From assembly GCA_032718475.1 (NCBI GenBank), contig JAUCBJ010007236.1:39737-103736 (forward strand): a DNA stretch of 64,000 nucleotides, written 5' to 3'. The notes beneath the pieces were generated by a model. The model was given only the letters and a program-made list of their open reading frames with translations. It had not been told where the DNA came from and ran no database searches. Shown in pieces: positions 44,495 to 56,600 of the stretch (the stretch's first letter is position 1; each line of letters starts with the position of its first letter). Made by a program: the position numbers and the translations under genes. This DNA is from Nemertoderma westbladi. Lineage: Eukaryota; Animalia; Xenacoelomorpha.

Positions 44495-44698
44495 CTTTTT
44501 GTGGTGGCAATGTGTCGTCGTAACGCTGCCGTTTCTCTTTATGCCATCGAGACACATCTTATCGTTGGTCAGCTCCTTGGCTCGGGTATAAGCGAAGAAC
44601 TGGCGCCCGCCGCCGTTGTGACAAGTTTTTAAGGTCGGGAATTTCGAATCAGTTTTTCCTCCTCCATCGAAGCACAGTTGTGATTGGTCAACTTTTAA
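44465..44698 (-). CDS. GALNT: GALNT exon, 234 nt, phase 0/0: lectin alpha and beta subdomains
   Basis: Acceptor ttttgtag|TTA at 44698. Translation: [78 protein letters not shown]. Donor GAG|gtaggg at 44464. Not in the supplied ORF track. Confidence 0.9.
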
Positions 44699-47600
44699 CT
44701 ACAAAATTGTCACGAATTAAATTTTTAATGAAAATTACTATAATGTCAAAACCCTAAAATTTAAAACTTAAAACGCAATATCGCATAGGTAGATAGATAG
44801 ATTTATTTATATATTATGCAAACAATAGAAACCAATACATTAACTCAGTAAAATTATTAATGTATAGTAAGTATTGTCCAACATAACATAAAGGATAACC
44901 CCTAAAGCTTTGCAGCTTATTTCCAAGGGGGTCCTTCAAGTTACTTGGTTACCAATACAAACTAAACTAACTACTGTATATAGAATAATTATATAATTTA
45001 AACTAAATAAGATACAAGAAATACAAAATTGATCATTATTACTAATTATTGCACATGCACCTATTTAATATTGAACTAAACTAAATACTGCTATTGACTA
45101 CTAGTTTTCAATATACGGTTACAGTACGAAACGTTTTTAATTTTTGAACATATATAAAACAACATTTTTAGGTTTTAGTCCACCAAAACCTAAAAAAACG
45201 AATTTTCATATTACACAAAAATTTAGATATTAAACTTTTAGATAAGCTACTGCTGAGCTCCGAGTAGGGCTGTGCTTATTAAACTTACAGCTCCAGCGTA
45301 ATCGAGATAAACATTAATCGGGGCCTCAGGCCAAATATTATCTAAATACCAGCGGAATGGTTTGCAATGTAGTCTATCTCGAATCAAATGTCTTTCTGTA
45401 AGATCACCAACTTCCATCAAATATGCGGCTAAAAAGTGAAATCATTAGTATAAGTTTTAAAACTACTTTTTATTTGTTTTATTACATAGTAAATTAGTAA
45501 TTTCCATATCACTCTTTCAATTAATCTAGGCTATGTAACTTACATGGGTTATAAAGGTACCAAATATATTTGTATTCATCAAGCCAAACTTCAACAGAAC
45601 GTTTCGTGTTTTTTGTTACGATCCCAGTTCCACCGGGCCACGAATACGGGGTGGATTTCCGGAATATGTGGCCGACGTGACTGCAGGTTACTGTGAGTAA
45701 CCGTCCACCACACTGCCAGATCTGTAGGGAAACATAATATGTGAATGGGAAAGAGATGTGGTATGGGAAAGTAAGCAGCCAGATCTGTTGGGAGAGAGAT
45801 GTGGTATGGGAAAGTAAGCAGCCAGATCTGTTGGGAGAGCGATGTGGTATGGGAAAGTAAGCGGCCAGATCTGTTGGGAGAGAGATGTGGTATGGGAAAG
45901 TAAGCAGCCAGATCTGTTGGGAGAGAGATGTGGTATGGGAAAGTAAGCAGCCAGATCTGTTGGGAGAGAGATGTGGTATGGGAAAGTAAGCAGCCAGATC
46001 TGTTGGGAGAGCGATGTGGTATGGGAAAGTAAGCGGCCAGATCTGTTGGGAGAGTGATGTGGTATGGGAAAGTAAGTAGCCACATCTGTTGGGAGAGCGA
46101 TGTGGTATGGGAAAGTAAGCGGCCAGATCTGTTGGGAGAGTGATGTGGTATGGGAAAGTAAGTAGCCACATCTGTTGGGAGAGCGATGTGGTATGGGAAA
46201 GTAAGCGGCCAGATCTGTTGGGAGAGAGATGTGGTATGGGAAAGTAAGCAGCCAGATCTGTTGGGAGAGAGATGTGGTATGGGAAAGTAAGCAGCCAGAC
46301 TGTTGGGAGAGAGATGTGGTATGGGAAAGTAAGCAGCCAGACTGTTGGGAGAGAGATGTGGTATGGGAAAGTAAGCGGCCAGATCTGTTGGGAGAGAGAT
46401 GTGGTATGGGAAAGTAAGCGGCCAGATCTGTTGGGAGAGAGATGTGGTTTGGGAAAGTAAGCAGCCAGATCTGTTGGGAGAGATATGTGGTATGGGAAAG
46501 TAAGCAGCCAGATCTGTTGGGAGAGTGATGTGGTATGGGAAAGTAAGCAGCCAGATCTGTTGGGAGAGAGATGTGGTATGGGAAAGTAAGCAGCCAGATC
46601 TGTTGGGAGAGAGATGTGGAATGGAAAAGTAAGCGGCCAGATCTGCTGGGAGAGAGATGTGGTATGGGAGAGTAAGCCGCCAGATCTGTTGGGAGAGAGA
46701 TGTGGTATAGGAAAGTAAGCGGCCAGATCTGCTGGGAGAGAGATGTGGTATGGGAGAGTAAGCATCCAGATCTGTTGGGAGAGAGATGTGGTATGGGAAA
46801 GTAAGCGGCCAGATCTGCTGGGAGAGAGATGTGGTATGGGAGAGTAAGCCGCCAGATCTGTTGGGAGAGAGATGTGGTATAGGAAAGTAAGCAGCCAGAT
46901 CTGTTGGGAGAGAGATGTGGTATGGGAGAGTAAGCAGCCAGATCTGTTGGGAGAGAGATGTGGTATGGGAAAGTAAGCAGCCAGATCTGTTGGGAGAGAG
47001 ATGTGGTATGGGAGAGTAAGCAGCCAGATCTGTTGGGAGAGAGATGTGGTATGGGAAAGTAAGCAGCCAGATCTGTTGGGAGAGAGATGTGGTATGGGAG
47101 AGTAAGCAGCCAGATCTGTTGGGAGAGAGATGTGGTATGGGAAAGTAAGCAGCCAGATCTGTTGGGAGAGAGATGTGGTATGGGAAAGTAAGCAGCCAGA
47201 TCTGTTGGGAGAGAGATGTGGTATGGGAGAGTAAGCAGCCAGATCTGTTGGGAGAGATATGTGGTATAGGTAAGTAAGCAGCCAGATCTGTTGGGAGAGA
47301 GATGTGGTATGGGAAAGTAAGCAGCCAGATCTGCTGGGAGAGAGATGTGGTATGGGAGAGTAAGCAGCCAGATCTGTTGGGAGAGAGATGTGGTATGGGA
47401 AAGTAAGCAGCCAGATCTGTTGGGAGAGTGATGTGGTATGGGAAAGTGAGCGGTCAGATCTGTTGGGAGAGAGATGTGGTATGGGAAAGTGAGCGGTCAG
47501 ATCTGTTGGGAGAGAGATGTGGTATGGGAGAGTAAGCAGCCAGATCTGTTGGGAGAGAGATGTGGTATGGGAAAGTAAGCAGCCAGATCTGTTGGGAGAG

Positions 47601-50600
47601 AGATGTGGTATGGGAAAGTAAGCAGCCAGATCTGTTGGGAGAGAGATGTGGTATGGAAAAGTGAGCGGTCAGATCTGTTGGGAGAGAGATGTGGTATGGG
47701 AGAGTAAGCAGCCAGATCTGTTGGGAGAGAGATGTGGTATGGGAAAGTAAGCAGCCAGATCTGTTGGGAGAGAGATGTGGTATGGGAAAGTAAGCAGCCA
47801 GATCTGTTGGGAGAGAGATGTGGTATGGGAAAGTAAGCAGCCAGATCTGTTGGGAGAGAGATGTGGTATGGGAAAGTAAGCAGCCAGATCTGTTGGGAGA
47901 GAGATGTGGTATGGAAAAGTGAGCGGTCAGATCTGTTGGGAGAGAGATGTGGTATGGGAAAGTAAGCAGCCAGATCTGTTGGGAGAGAGATGTGGTATGG
48001 GAAAGTAAGCAGCCAGATCTGTTGGGAGAGAGATGTGGTATGGGAAAGTAAGCAGCCAGATCTGTTGGGAGAGAGATGTGGTATGGGAAAGTAAGCAGCC
48101 AGATCTGTTGGGAGAGAGATGTGGTATAGGAAAGTAAGCAGCCAGATCTGTTGGGAGAGAGATGTGGTATGGGAAAGTAAGCAGCCAGATCTGTTGGGAG
48201 AGCGATGTGGTATGGGAAAGTAAGCAGCCAGATCTGTTGGGAGAGAGATGTGGTATGGAAAAGTGAGCGGTCAGATCTGTTGGGAGAGAGATGTGGTATG
48301 GAAAAGTGAGCGGTCAGATCTGTTGGGAGAGAGATGTGGTATGGGAAAGTAAGCAGCCAGATCTGTTGGGAGAGAGATGTGGTATGGAAAAGTGAGCGGT
48401 CAGATCTGTTGGGAGAGAGATGTGGTATGGGAGAGTAAGCAGCCAGATCTGTTGGGAGAGAGATGTGGTATGGGAAAGTAAGCAGCCAGATCTGTTGGGA
48501 GAGAGATGTGGTATGGAAAAGTGAGCGGTCAGATCTGTTGCGAGAGAGATGTGGTATGGGAGAGTAAGCAGCCAGATCTGTTGGGAGAGAGATGTGGTAT
48601 GGGAAAGTAAGCGGCCAGATCTGCTGGGAGAGAGATGTGGTATGGGAGAGTAAGCAGCCAGATCTGTTGGGAGAGAGATGTGGTATGGGAAAGTAAGCAG
48701 CCAGATCTGTTGGGAGAGAGATGTGGTATGGAAAAGTGAGCGGTCAGATCTGTTGGGAGAGAGATGTGGTATGGAAAAGTGAGCGGTCAGATCTGTTGGG
48801 AGAGAGATGTGGTATGTGAGAGTAAGCAGCCAGATCTGTTGGGAGAGAGATGTGGTAGGGGAAAGTAAGCAGCCAGATCTGTTGGGAGAGATATGTGGTA
48901 TAGGAAAGTAAGCAGCCAGATCTGTTGGGAGAGAGATGTGGTAGGGGAAAGTAAGCAGCCAGATCTGTTGGGAGAGATATGTGGTATAGGAAAGTAAGCG
49001 GCCAGATCTGTTGGGAGAGAGATGTGGTAGGGGAAAGTAAGCAGCCAGATCTGTTGGGAGAGATATGTGGTATAGGAAAGTAAGCAGCCAGACTGTTGGG
49101 AGAGAGATGTGGTATAGGAAAGTAAGCAGCCAGATCTGTTGGGAGAGAGATGTGGTATGGGAAAGTAAGCAGCCAGATCTGTTGGGAGAGAGATGTGGTA
49201 TGGGAAAGTAAGCAGCCAGATCTGTTGGGAGAGAGATGTGGTATGGAAAAGTGAGCGGTCAGATCTGTTGGGAGAGAGATGTGGTATGGGAGAGTAAGCA
49301 GCCAGATCTGTTGGGAGAGAGATGTGGTATGGGAAAGTAAGCAGCCAGATCTGTTGGGAGAGAGATGTGGTATGGGAAAGTAAGCAGCCAGATCTGTTGG
49401 GAGAGAGATGTGGTATGGGAAAGTAAGCAGCCAGATCTGTTGGGAGAGAGATGTGGTATGGGAAAGTAAGCAGCCAGATCTGTTGGGAGAGAGATGTGGT
49501 ATGGAAAAGTGAGCGGTCAGATCTGTTGGGAGAGAGATGTGGTATGGGAAAGTAAGCAGCCAGATCTGTTGGGAGAGAGATGTGGTATGGGAAAGTAAGC
49601 AGCCAGATCTGTTGGGAGAGAGATGTGGTATGGGAAAGTAAGCAGCCAGATCTGTTGGGAGAGAGATGTGGTATGGGAAAGTAAGCAGCCAGATCTGTTG
49701 GGAGAGAGATGTGGTATAGGAAAGTAAGCAGCCAGATCTGTTGGGAGAGAGATGTGGTATGGGAAAGTAAGCAGCCAGATCTGTTGGGAGAGCGACGTGG
49801 TATGGGAAAGTAAGCAGCCAGATCTGTTGGGAGAGAGATGTGGTATGGAAAAGTGAGCGGTCAGATCTGTTGGGAGAGAGATGTGGTATGGAAAAGTGAG
49901 CGGTCAGATCTGTTGGGAGAGAGATGTGGTATGGGAAAGTAAGCAGCCAGATCTGTTGGGAGAGAGATGTGGTATGGAAAAGTGAGCGGTCAGATCTGTT
50001 GGGAGAGAGATGTGGTATGGGAGAGTAAGCAGCCAGATCTGTTGGGAGAGAGATGTGGTATGGGAAAGTAAGCAGCCAGATCTGTTGGGAGAGAGATGTG
50101 GTATGGAAAAGTGAGCGGTCAGATCTGTTGCGAGAGAGATGTGGTATGGGAGAGTAAGCAGCCAGATCTGTTGGGAGAGAGATGTGGTATGGGAAAGTAA
50201 GCGGCCAGATCTGCTGGGAGAGAGATGTGGTATGGGAGAGTAAGCAGCCAGATCTGTTGGGAGAGAGATGTGGTATGGGAAAGTAAGCAGCCAGATCTGT
50301 TGGGAGAGAGATGTGGTATGGAAAAGTGAGCGGTCAGATCTGTTGGGAGAGAGATGTGGTATGGAAAAGTGAGCGGTCAGATCTGTTGGGAGAGAGATGT
50401 GGTATGTGAGAGTAAGCAGCCAGATCTGTTGGGAGAGAGATGTGGTAGGGGAAAGTAAGCAGCCAGATCTGTTGGGAGAGATATGTGGTATAGGAAAGTA
50501 AGCAGCCAGATCTGTTGGGAGAGAGATGTGGTAGGGGAAAGTAAGCAGCCAGATCTGTTGGGAGAGATATGTGGTATAGGAAAGTAAGCGGCCAGATCTG

Positions 50601-53600
50601 TTGGGAGAGAGATGTGGTAGGGGAAAGTAAGCAGCCAGATCTGTTGGGAGAGATATGTGGTATAGGAAAGTAAGCAGCCAGACTGTTGGGAGAGAGATGT
50701 GGTATAGGAAAGTAAGCAGCCAGATCTGTTGGGAGAGAGATGTGGTAGGGGAAAGTAAGCAGCCAGATCTGTTGGGAGAGATATGTGGTATAGGAAAGTA
50801 AGCAGCCAGATCTGTTGGGAGAGAGATGTGGTAGGGGAAAGTAAGCAGCCAGATCTGTTGGGAGAGATATGTGGTATAGGAAAGTAAGCAGCCAGATCTG
50901 TTGGGAGAGATATGTGGTATAGGAAAGTAAGCAGCCAGATCTGTTGGGAGAGAGATGTGGTAGGGGAAAGTAAGCAGCCAGATCTGTTGGGAGAGATATG
51001 TGGTATAGGAAAGTAAGCGGCCAGATCTGTTGGGAGAGAGATGTGGTAGGGGAAAGTAAGCAGCCAGATCTGTTGGGAGAGATATGTGGTATAGGAAAGT
51101 AAGCAGCCAGACTGTTGGGAGAGAGATGTGGTATAGGAAAGTAAGCAGCCAGATCTGTTGGGAGAGAGATGTGGTATGGGAAAGTAAGCAGCCAGATCTG
51201 TTGGGAGAGAGATGTGGTATGGGAAAGTAAGCAGCCAGATCTGTTGGGAGAGAGATGTGGTATGGAAAAGTGAGCGGTCAGATCTGTTGGGAGAGAGATG
51301 TGGTATGGGAGAGTAAGCAGCCAGATCTGTTGGGAGAGAGATGTGGTATGGGAAAGTAAGCAGCCAGATCTGTTGGGAGAGAGATGTGGTATGGGAAAGT
51401 AAGCAGCCAGATCTGTTGGGAGAGAGATGTGGTATGGGAAAGTAAGCAGCCAGATCTGTTGGGAGAGAGATGTGGTATGGGAAAGTAAGCAGCCAGATCT
51501 GTTGGGAGAGAGATGTGGTATGGAAAAGTGAGCGGTCAGATCTGTTGGGAGAGAGATGTGGTATGGGAAAGTAAGCAGCCAGATCTGTTGGGAGAGAGAT
51601 GTGGTATGGGAAAGTAAGCAGCCAGATCTGTTGGGAGAGAGATGTGGTATGGGAAAGTAAGCAGCCAGATCTGTTGGGAGAGAGATGTGGTATGGGAAAG
51701 TAAGCAGCCAGATCTGTTGGGAGAGAGATGTGGTATAGGAAAGTAAGCAGCCAGATCTGTTGGGAGAGAGATGTGGTATGGGAAAGTAAGCAGCCAGATC
51801 TGTTGGGAGAGCGACGTGGTATGGGAAAGTAAGCAGCCAGATCTGTTGGGAGAGAGATGTGGTATGGAAAAGTGAGCGGTCAGATCTGTTGGGAGAGAGA
51901 TGTGGTATGGAAAAGTGAGCGGTCAGATCTGTTGGGAGAGAGATGTGGTATGGGAAAGTAAGCAGCCAGATCTGTTGGGAGAGAGATGTGGTATGGAAAA
52001 GTGAGCGGTCAGATCTGTTGGGAGAGAGATGTGGTATGGGAGAGTAAGCAGCCAGATCTGTTGGGAGAGAGATGTGGTATGGGAAAGTAAGCAGCCAGAT
52101 CTGTTGGGAGAGAGATGTGGTATGGAAAAGTGAGCGGTCAGATCTGTTGCGAGAGAGATGTGGTATGGGAGAGTAAGCAGCCAGATCTGTTGGGAGAGAG
52201 ATGTGGTATGGGAAAGTAAGCGGCCAGATCTGCTGGGAGAGAGATGTGGTATGGGAGAGTAAGCAGCCAGATCTGTTGGGAGAGAGATGTGGTATGGGAA
52301 AGTAAGCAGCCAGATCTGTTGGGAGAGAGATGTGGTATGGAAAAGTGAGCGGTCAGATCTGTTGGGAGAGAGATGTGGTATGGAAAAGTGAGCGGTCAGA
52401 TCTGTTGGGAGAGAGATGTGGTATGTGAGAGTAAGCAGCCAGATCTGTTGGGAGAGAGATGTGGTAGGGGAAAGTAAGCAGCCAGATCTGTTGGGAGAGA
52501 TATGTGGTATAGGAAAGTAAGCAGCCAGATCTGTTGGGAGAGAGATGTGGTAGGGGAAAGTAAGCAGCCAGATCTGTTGGGAGAGATATGTGGTATAGGA
52601 AAGTAAGCGGCCAGATCTGTTGGGAGAGAGATGTGGTAGGGGAAAGTAAGCAGCCAGATCTGTTGGGAGAGATATGTGGTATAGGAAAGTAAGCAGCCAG
52701 ACTGTTGGGAGAGAGATGTGGTATAGGAAAGTAAGCAGCCAGATCTGTTGGGAGAGAGATGTGGTAGGGGAAAGTAAGCAGCCAGATCTGTTGGGAGAGA
52801 TATGTGGTATAGGAAAGTAAGCAGCCAGATCTGTTGGGAGAGAGATGTGGTAGGGGAAAGTAAGCAGCCAGATCTGTTGGGAGAGATATGTGGTATAGGA
52901 AAGTAAGCAGCCAGATCTGTTGGGAGAGATATGTGGTATAGGAAAGTAAGCAGCCAGATCTGTTGGGAGAGAGATGTGGTATGGGAAAGTAAGTAGCCAC
53001 ATCTGTTGGGAGAGAGATGTGGTATGGAAAAGTGAGCGGTCAGATCTGTTGGGAAAGAGATGTGCTATAGGAAAGTAAGCAGCCAGACTGTTGGGAGAGA
53101 GATGTGGTATGGGAAAGTAAGCAGCCAGGTCTGTTGGGAGAGATATGTGGTATGGGAAAGTAAGCAGCCAGACCTTTGTGAGAGAGATGTGGTATGGGAA
53201 AGTAAGCAGCCAGATCTGTTGGGAGAGAGATGTGGTATGGGAAAGTAAGCAGCCAGACCTTTGTGAGAGAGATGTGGTATGGGAAAGTAAGCGGCCAGAT
53301 CTGCTGGGAGAGAGATGTGGTATGGGAGAGTAAGCCGCCAGATCTGTTTTAGGTTTAATTATATGGTACAGGTCAGCAAACAGCCACATCTGTATCAATA
53401 GTAAGTTATTTTAGGTGACCTACAACAGAGACAGATATGTAGTGATATAAGATTACTTAGGTGTCATTGGCTTTATATAACCCGCCCAGTGAGTCCGCAC
53501 CAATAAAATAATACGTTTTTTTTCGATTCACTCACTCTAAGACTTATTTCAACATTTTCTCCACCCCATATTTTCATTTCCTTATCGTATGTGCCGATTT

Positions 53601-56600
53601 CCTCAAAGTATCTCTTTTCGATAGCAAAAAGTCCACCAGCCATAGTTGGAGTTCTGTAATTAAAAATAATTCTGAAGGAGTGAAAACAGACAATATAGGA
53701 CGTCTTTGAAATATAAGATAACATGTTTAGGGGCAATCATATAGGTATATGATAAGTTGAACAATCGTCATACAGTACATTGTTTGGTGCATATTGTTAT
53801 TATTGTTTTTACATGATGTATAATAAATGTATCTAATACACTGTTCTATTAATTATTGTAAGACACAAGCCGTGAGCCTTTACCAATAACCAGAGCATGC
53901 AAGATAATAGTAAATCAAAATCGACTTCCCAACCACCCAAAGATGTTCGCAGATTAACATGCAATATATGAGCTTGTGCGAATCACAAATCGATAAACGG
54001 ATTCATAAATATCATTCCTCAGGAAAAATATGACAAGTTTTGACCCCGAAAATGCAGAGACTTGTAGAAGAACACTCCTACCTAAAGGCGTAGCTGCGGT
54101 CATTAAACATGCTGCTTCGTTCTGATAAAGGCAACTGAATCCACGTAAAGATAACATTAACGCCGAATCCCCCGGCCGACGGTTCCCTAGTCCCGGGACG
54201 GTATGCCAGATTGGTCTCACGAATTACATTTATGTCAGGGGTGGTCACTGTTTTTCTGGAATAACAAATGTAATTTCCAATTTTAAGTATTTCCCAGGGA
54301 CTAAGGAATATAATTTTGAAAAATTTCGCGTCGATTCTAATTTTTTTGATGATTACGTTGATTGATTTCCATTTACTTTCATTTTCATCGCACATACTCA
54401 GAAATAAAATGTTGGCGATATATGAAAGAATGCCCGATACCCCGGAAATAAGCAATACAGTCTCCAAGGCAACCGTTTGACAAGGCAGAACATACCGGAA
54501 GGAATAAGTATCATCAGCTTTTATTTTGCCTTCTTCTAATTGGCTGTGCTCAAACCAATTAAACAGCATCTTTCGGTCGAAGCCTCCCGCCCACACATAG
54601 ATCGGCGATCTGGATCTCGGTGGCGGCATTTTGAAATTGTTAAAGTCAATAACTGAAATCACCGGAACAACCGAAGTTTTACTGAACGGGAAAATAATAA
54701 AATTTCCAAACGGTTGATTAATATTGAGACGTTAACACTACCGGTATTATTATGTCCAGCTTAAATTATAATTATTTACATTTTATTTTGACGAGAAAAT
54801 AATTTATACAGGATGTTTTAGAGAGAAGTTTAAAGACACATTTGTAACAATTTTAAACATCAGATTACGGCATTAATATTTGCCTGCAAGCACAGAATTA
54901 AATATATGGAAAACCGGTTATCTTTAATTTATAATAAACAGCTCTTCGTCAGAAATAAATGTTTACACTTTCAAAAATTTATATGATAACGGAACTCATG
55001 GATTAGTAACCTGATTATTAAACGGCCTTAAAAAAAGATATTCAGCAATTGATTTAACTACGATTGAGCCTCCCGGCTTGTTACAAGTGTGAGAGTGACA
55101 CACTTGCACCATTCTTATTCATAATTGTGGTCGATTGTATTCTACTCATGCCCTTAGGCCATCTTAATAAAGATGGGGTGATGGTAACTCCTCCTACTGT
55201 ACTGGCTGCAGAAGTCGAGGAAACCCAGCCTAGTACTGTACCTAACTGATCTAGACTTTGCTGATGACTTAGGAGTACTCTCAGAATCACTAGAGGGAGC
55301 CCAAAGGCCCCTCTGCTCATTGGAGCAGGTTGCTTCTGTGTTGGTCTTTTTGTAAACTCAAGAAGACCAAAATTTTGACAGAGAACCTCGACAGCCCTCA
55401 CGAAATGTCTGATCGTAAGGGAACAAGCTCCAGGAATAATGGCTTGCTTGAACAAGTGGATGACTTTTGCTACTTAGGATAATGAATCCGGAAATCATGA
55501 GAAGAATGACATTCGGATACGTAAGGGGAAGGCGATGGGCGTGGGCGTGGGCGTGGGCGTGGGCGTGGGCGTGGGCGTGGGCGTGGGCGTGGGCGTGGGC
55601 AGCGTTAAATAGTCTGTCCAGGAATTGGAAATCCCATAGAATAAAACGGAACCTCAATGATCGATTGTTTAGGGCAGCAGTAATACCAGTACTGTATTAT
55701 TCTCTAATTACTATATTCATATTCATATTCCTATATTGTATTAACATTCCGGCTTTGTATACCACAGGCAGTCTGGCAAATCTGTTTGCCAGACAGCCAC
55801 CCTAGCGATAGCTACAGTATGTCGTGCTTCTTACCATCGGCCATCACCGCAACTAGCGTTCTCTCCCCAAGTTCCTCTTCTAGAGTGGCTCCTGGCGACA
55901 TGCTGAACCGCTGTTGTACCAGTAGACATAGGCACTATTACTGTAGCTTATAGTTTTTACTTCATGTACCAAATTAAAACCCGATAACTAGATAAGTTAA
56001 GGAACCATGTGATGGATAGAGTACATACATTAACCCTTTGCATACCAAACATAAGTTACATAATTTTTCACTTCCAAGGAACAAGAAAAATATATTTGAT
56101 CGGACCAAGGTTTATTTTCCTGTCGTACCAGAGATTTTTAAATAAAGAGTATAATCATATTATTACTTATCCTACCCTAAAAGGCGGCACACTGCCGCCT
56201 TTAACCATTTTCGCAATTTTTAAGCCACACACTGCCGCCTTAATTTTTTCTAACAAAATGATTTCATAAATTATGTAATTAAAAATACCCTCAAACCAAT
56301 AGGAATGCCTTCAGCAATATTCTTTTCTAGACTAGTTTTTCCTGCCCAACACGAATATGAACTCCATTTTCCGCCCCAAAAGATATAAGAAAGTTTTAAG
56401 ACGTTTTAAATAAAGGCGGCACCCTGCCGCCCTGGGGGTCAGGATAATATATGTAAAGGCGGCACTCTGCCGACCTGGGGTAAAAAAGTTATAATTATAT
56501 AAAGGCGACACACTGCCGCCATTATGAACATGGTCCTGAATTATTTCGAATGAAAAAGGCGGCAGTGTGCCGCCTTTTTTTTAGTCTTTGTGTTGGTACG

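Noticed and set aside
490-44632. Giant plus-strand ORFs (up to 10,685 aa) in all three frames
   Set aside because: The plus-strand unit has no stop codon in any frame, so the ORFs open automatically. The 32/33-bp indels cycle through the same three peptides, and the ORFs are antisense to the real gene.
45165-45196. 12-bp-stem hairpin TTTTTAGGTTTT/AAAACCTAAAAA, and another at 55771-55794
   Set aside because: These are short, isolated intronic inverted repeats (the first is low complexity), with no support for a function or element boundary.
45722-53398. Repeat-derived ORFs (for example 51923-53398 minus, and the N-terminal part of 45521-46765 minus)
   Set aside because: These are translations of the 43-bp satellite. 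Only 45544-45721 has GalNAc-T homology and proper splice sites.
55358-55805. ORFs containing (HA)n and (WA)n
   Set aside because: They are produced by the microsatellite inside a frameshifted LINE remnant.
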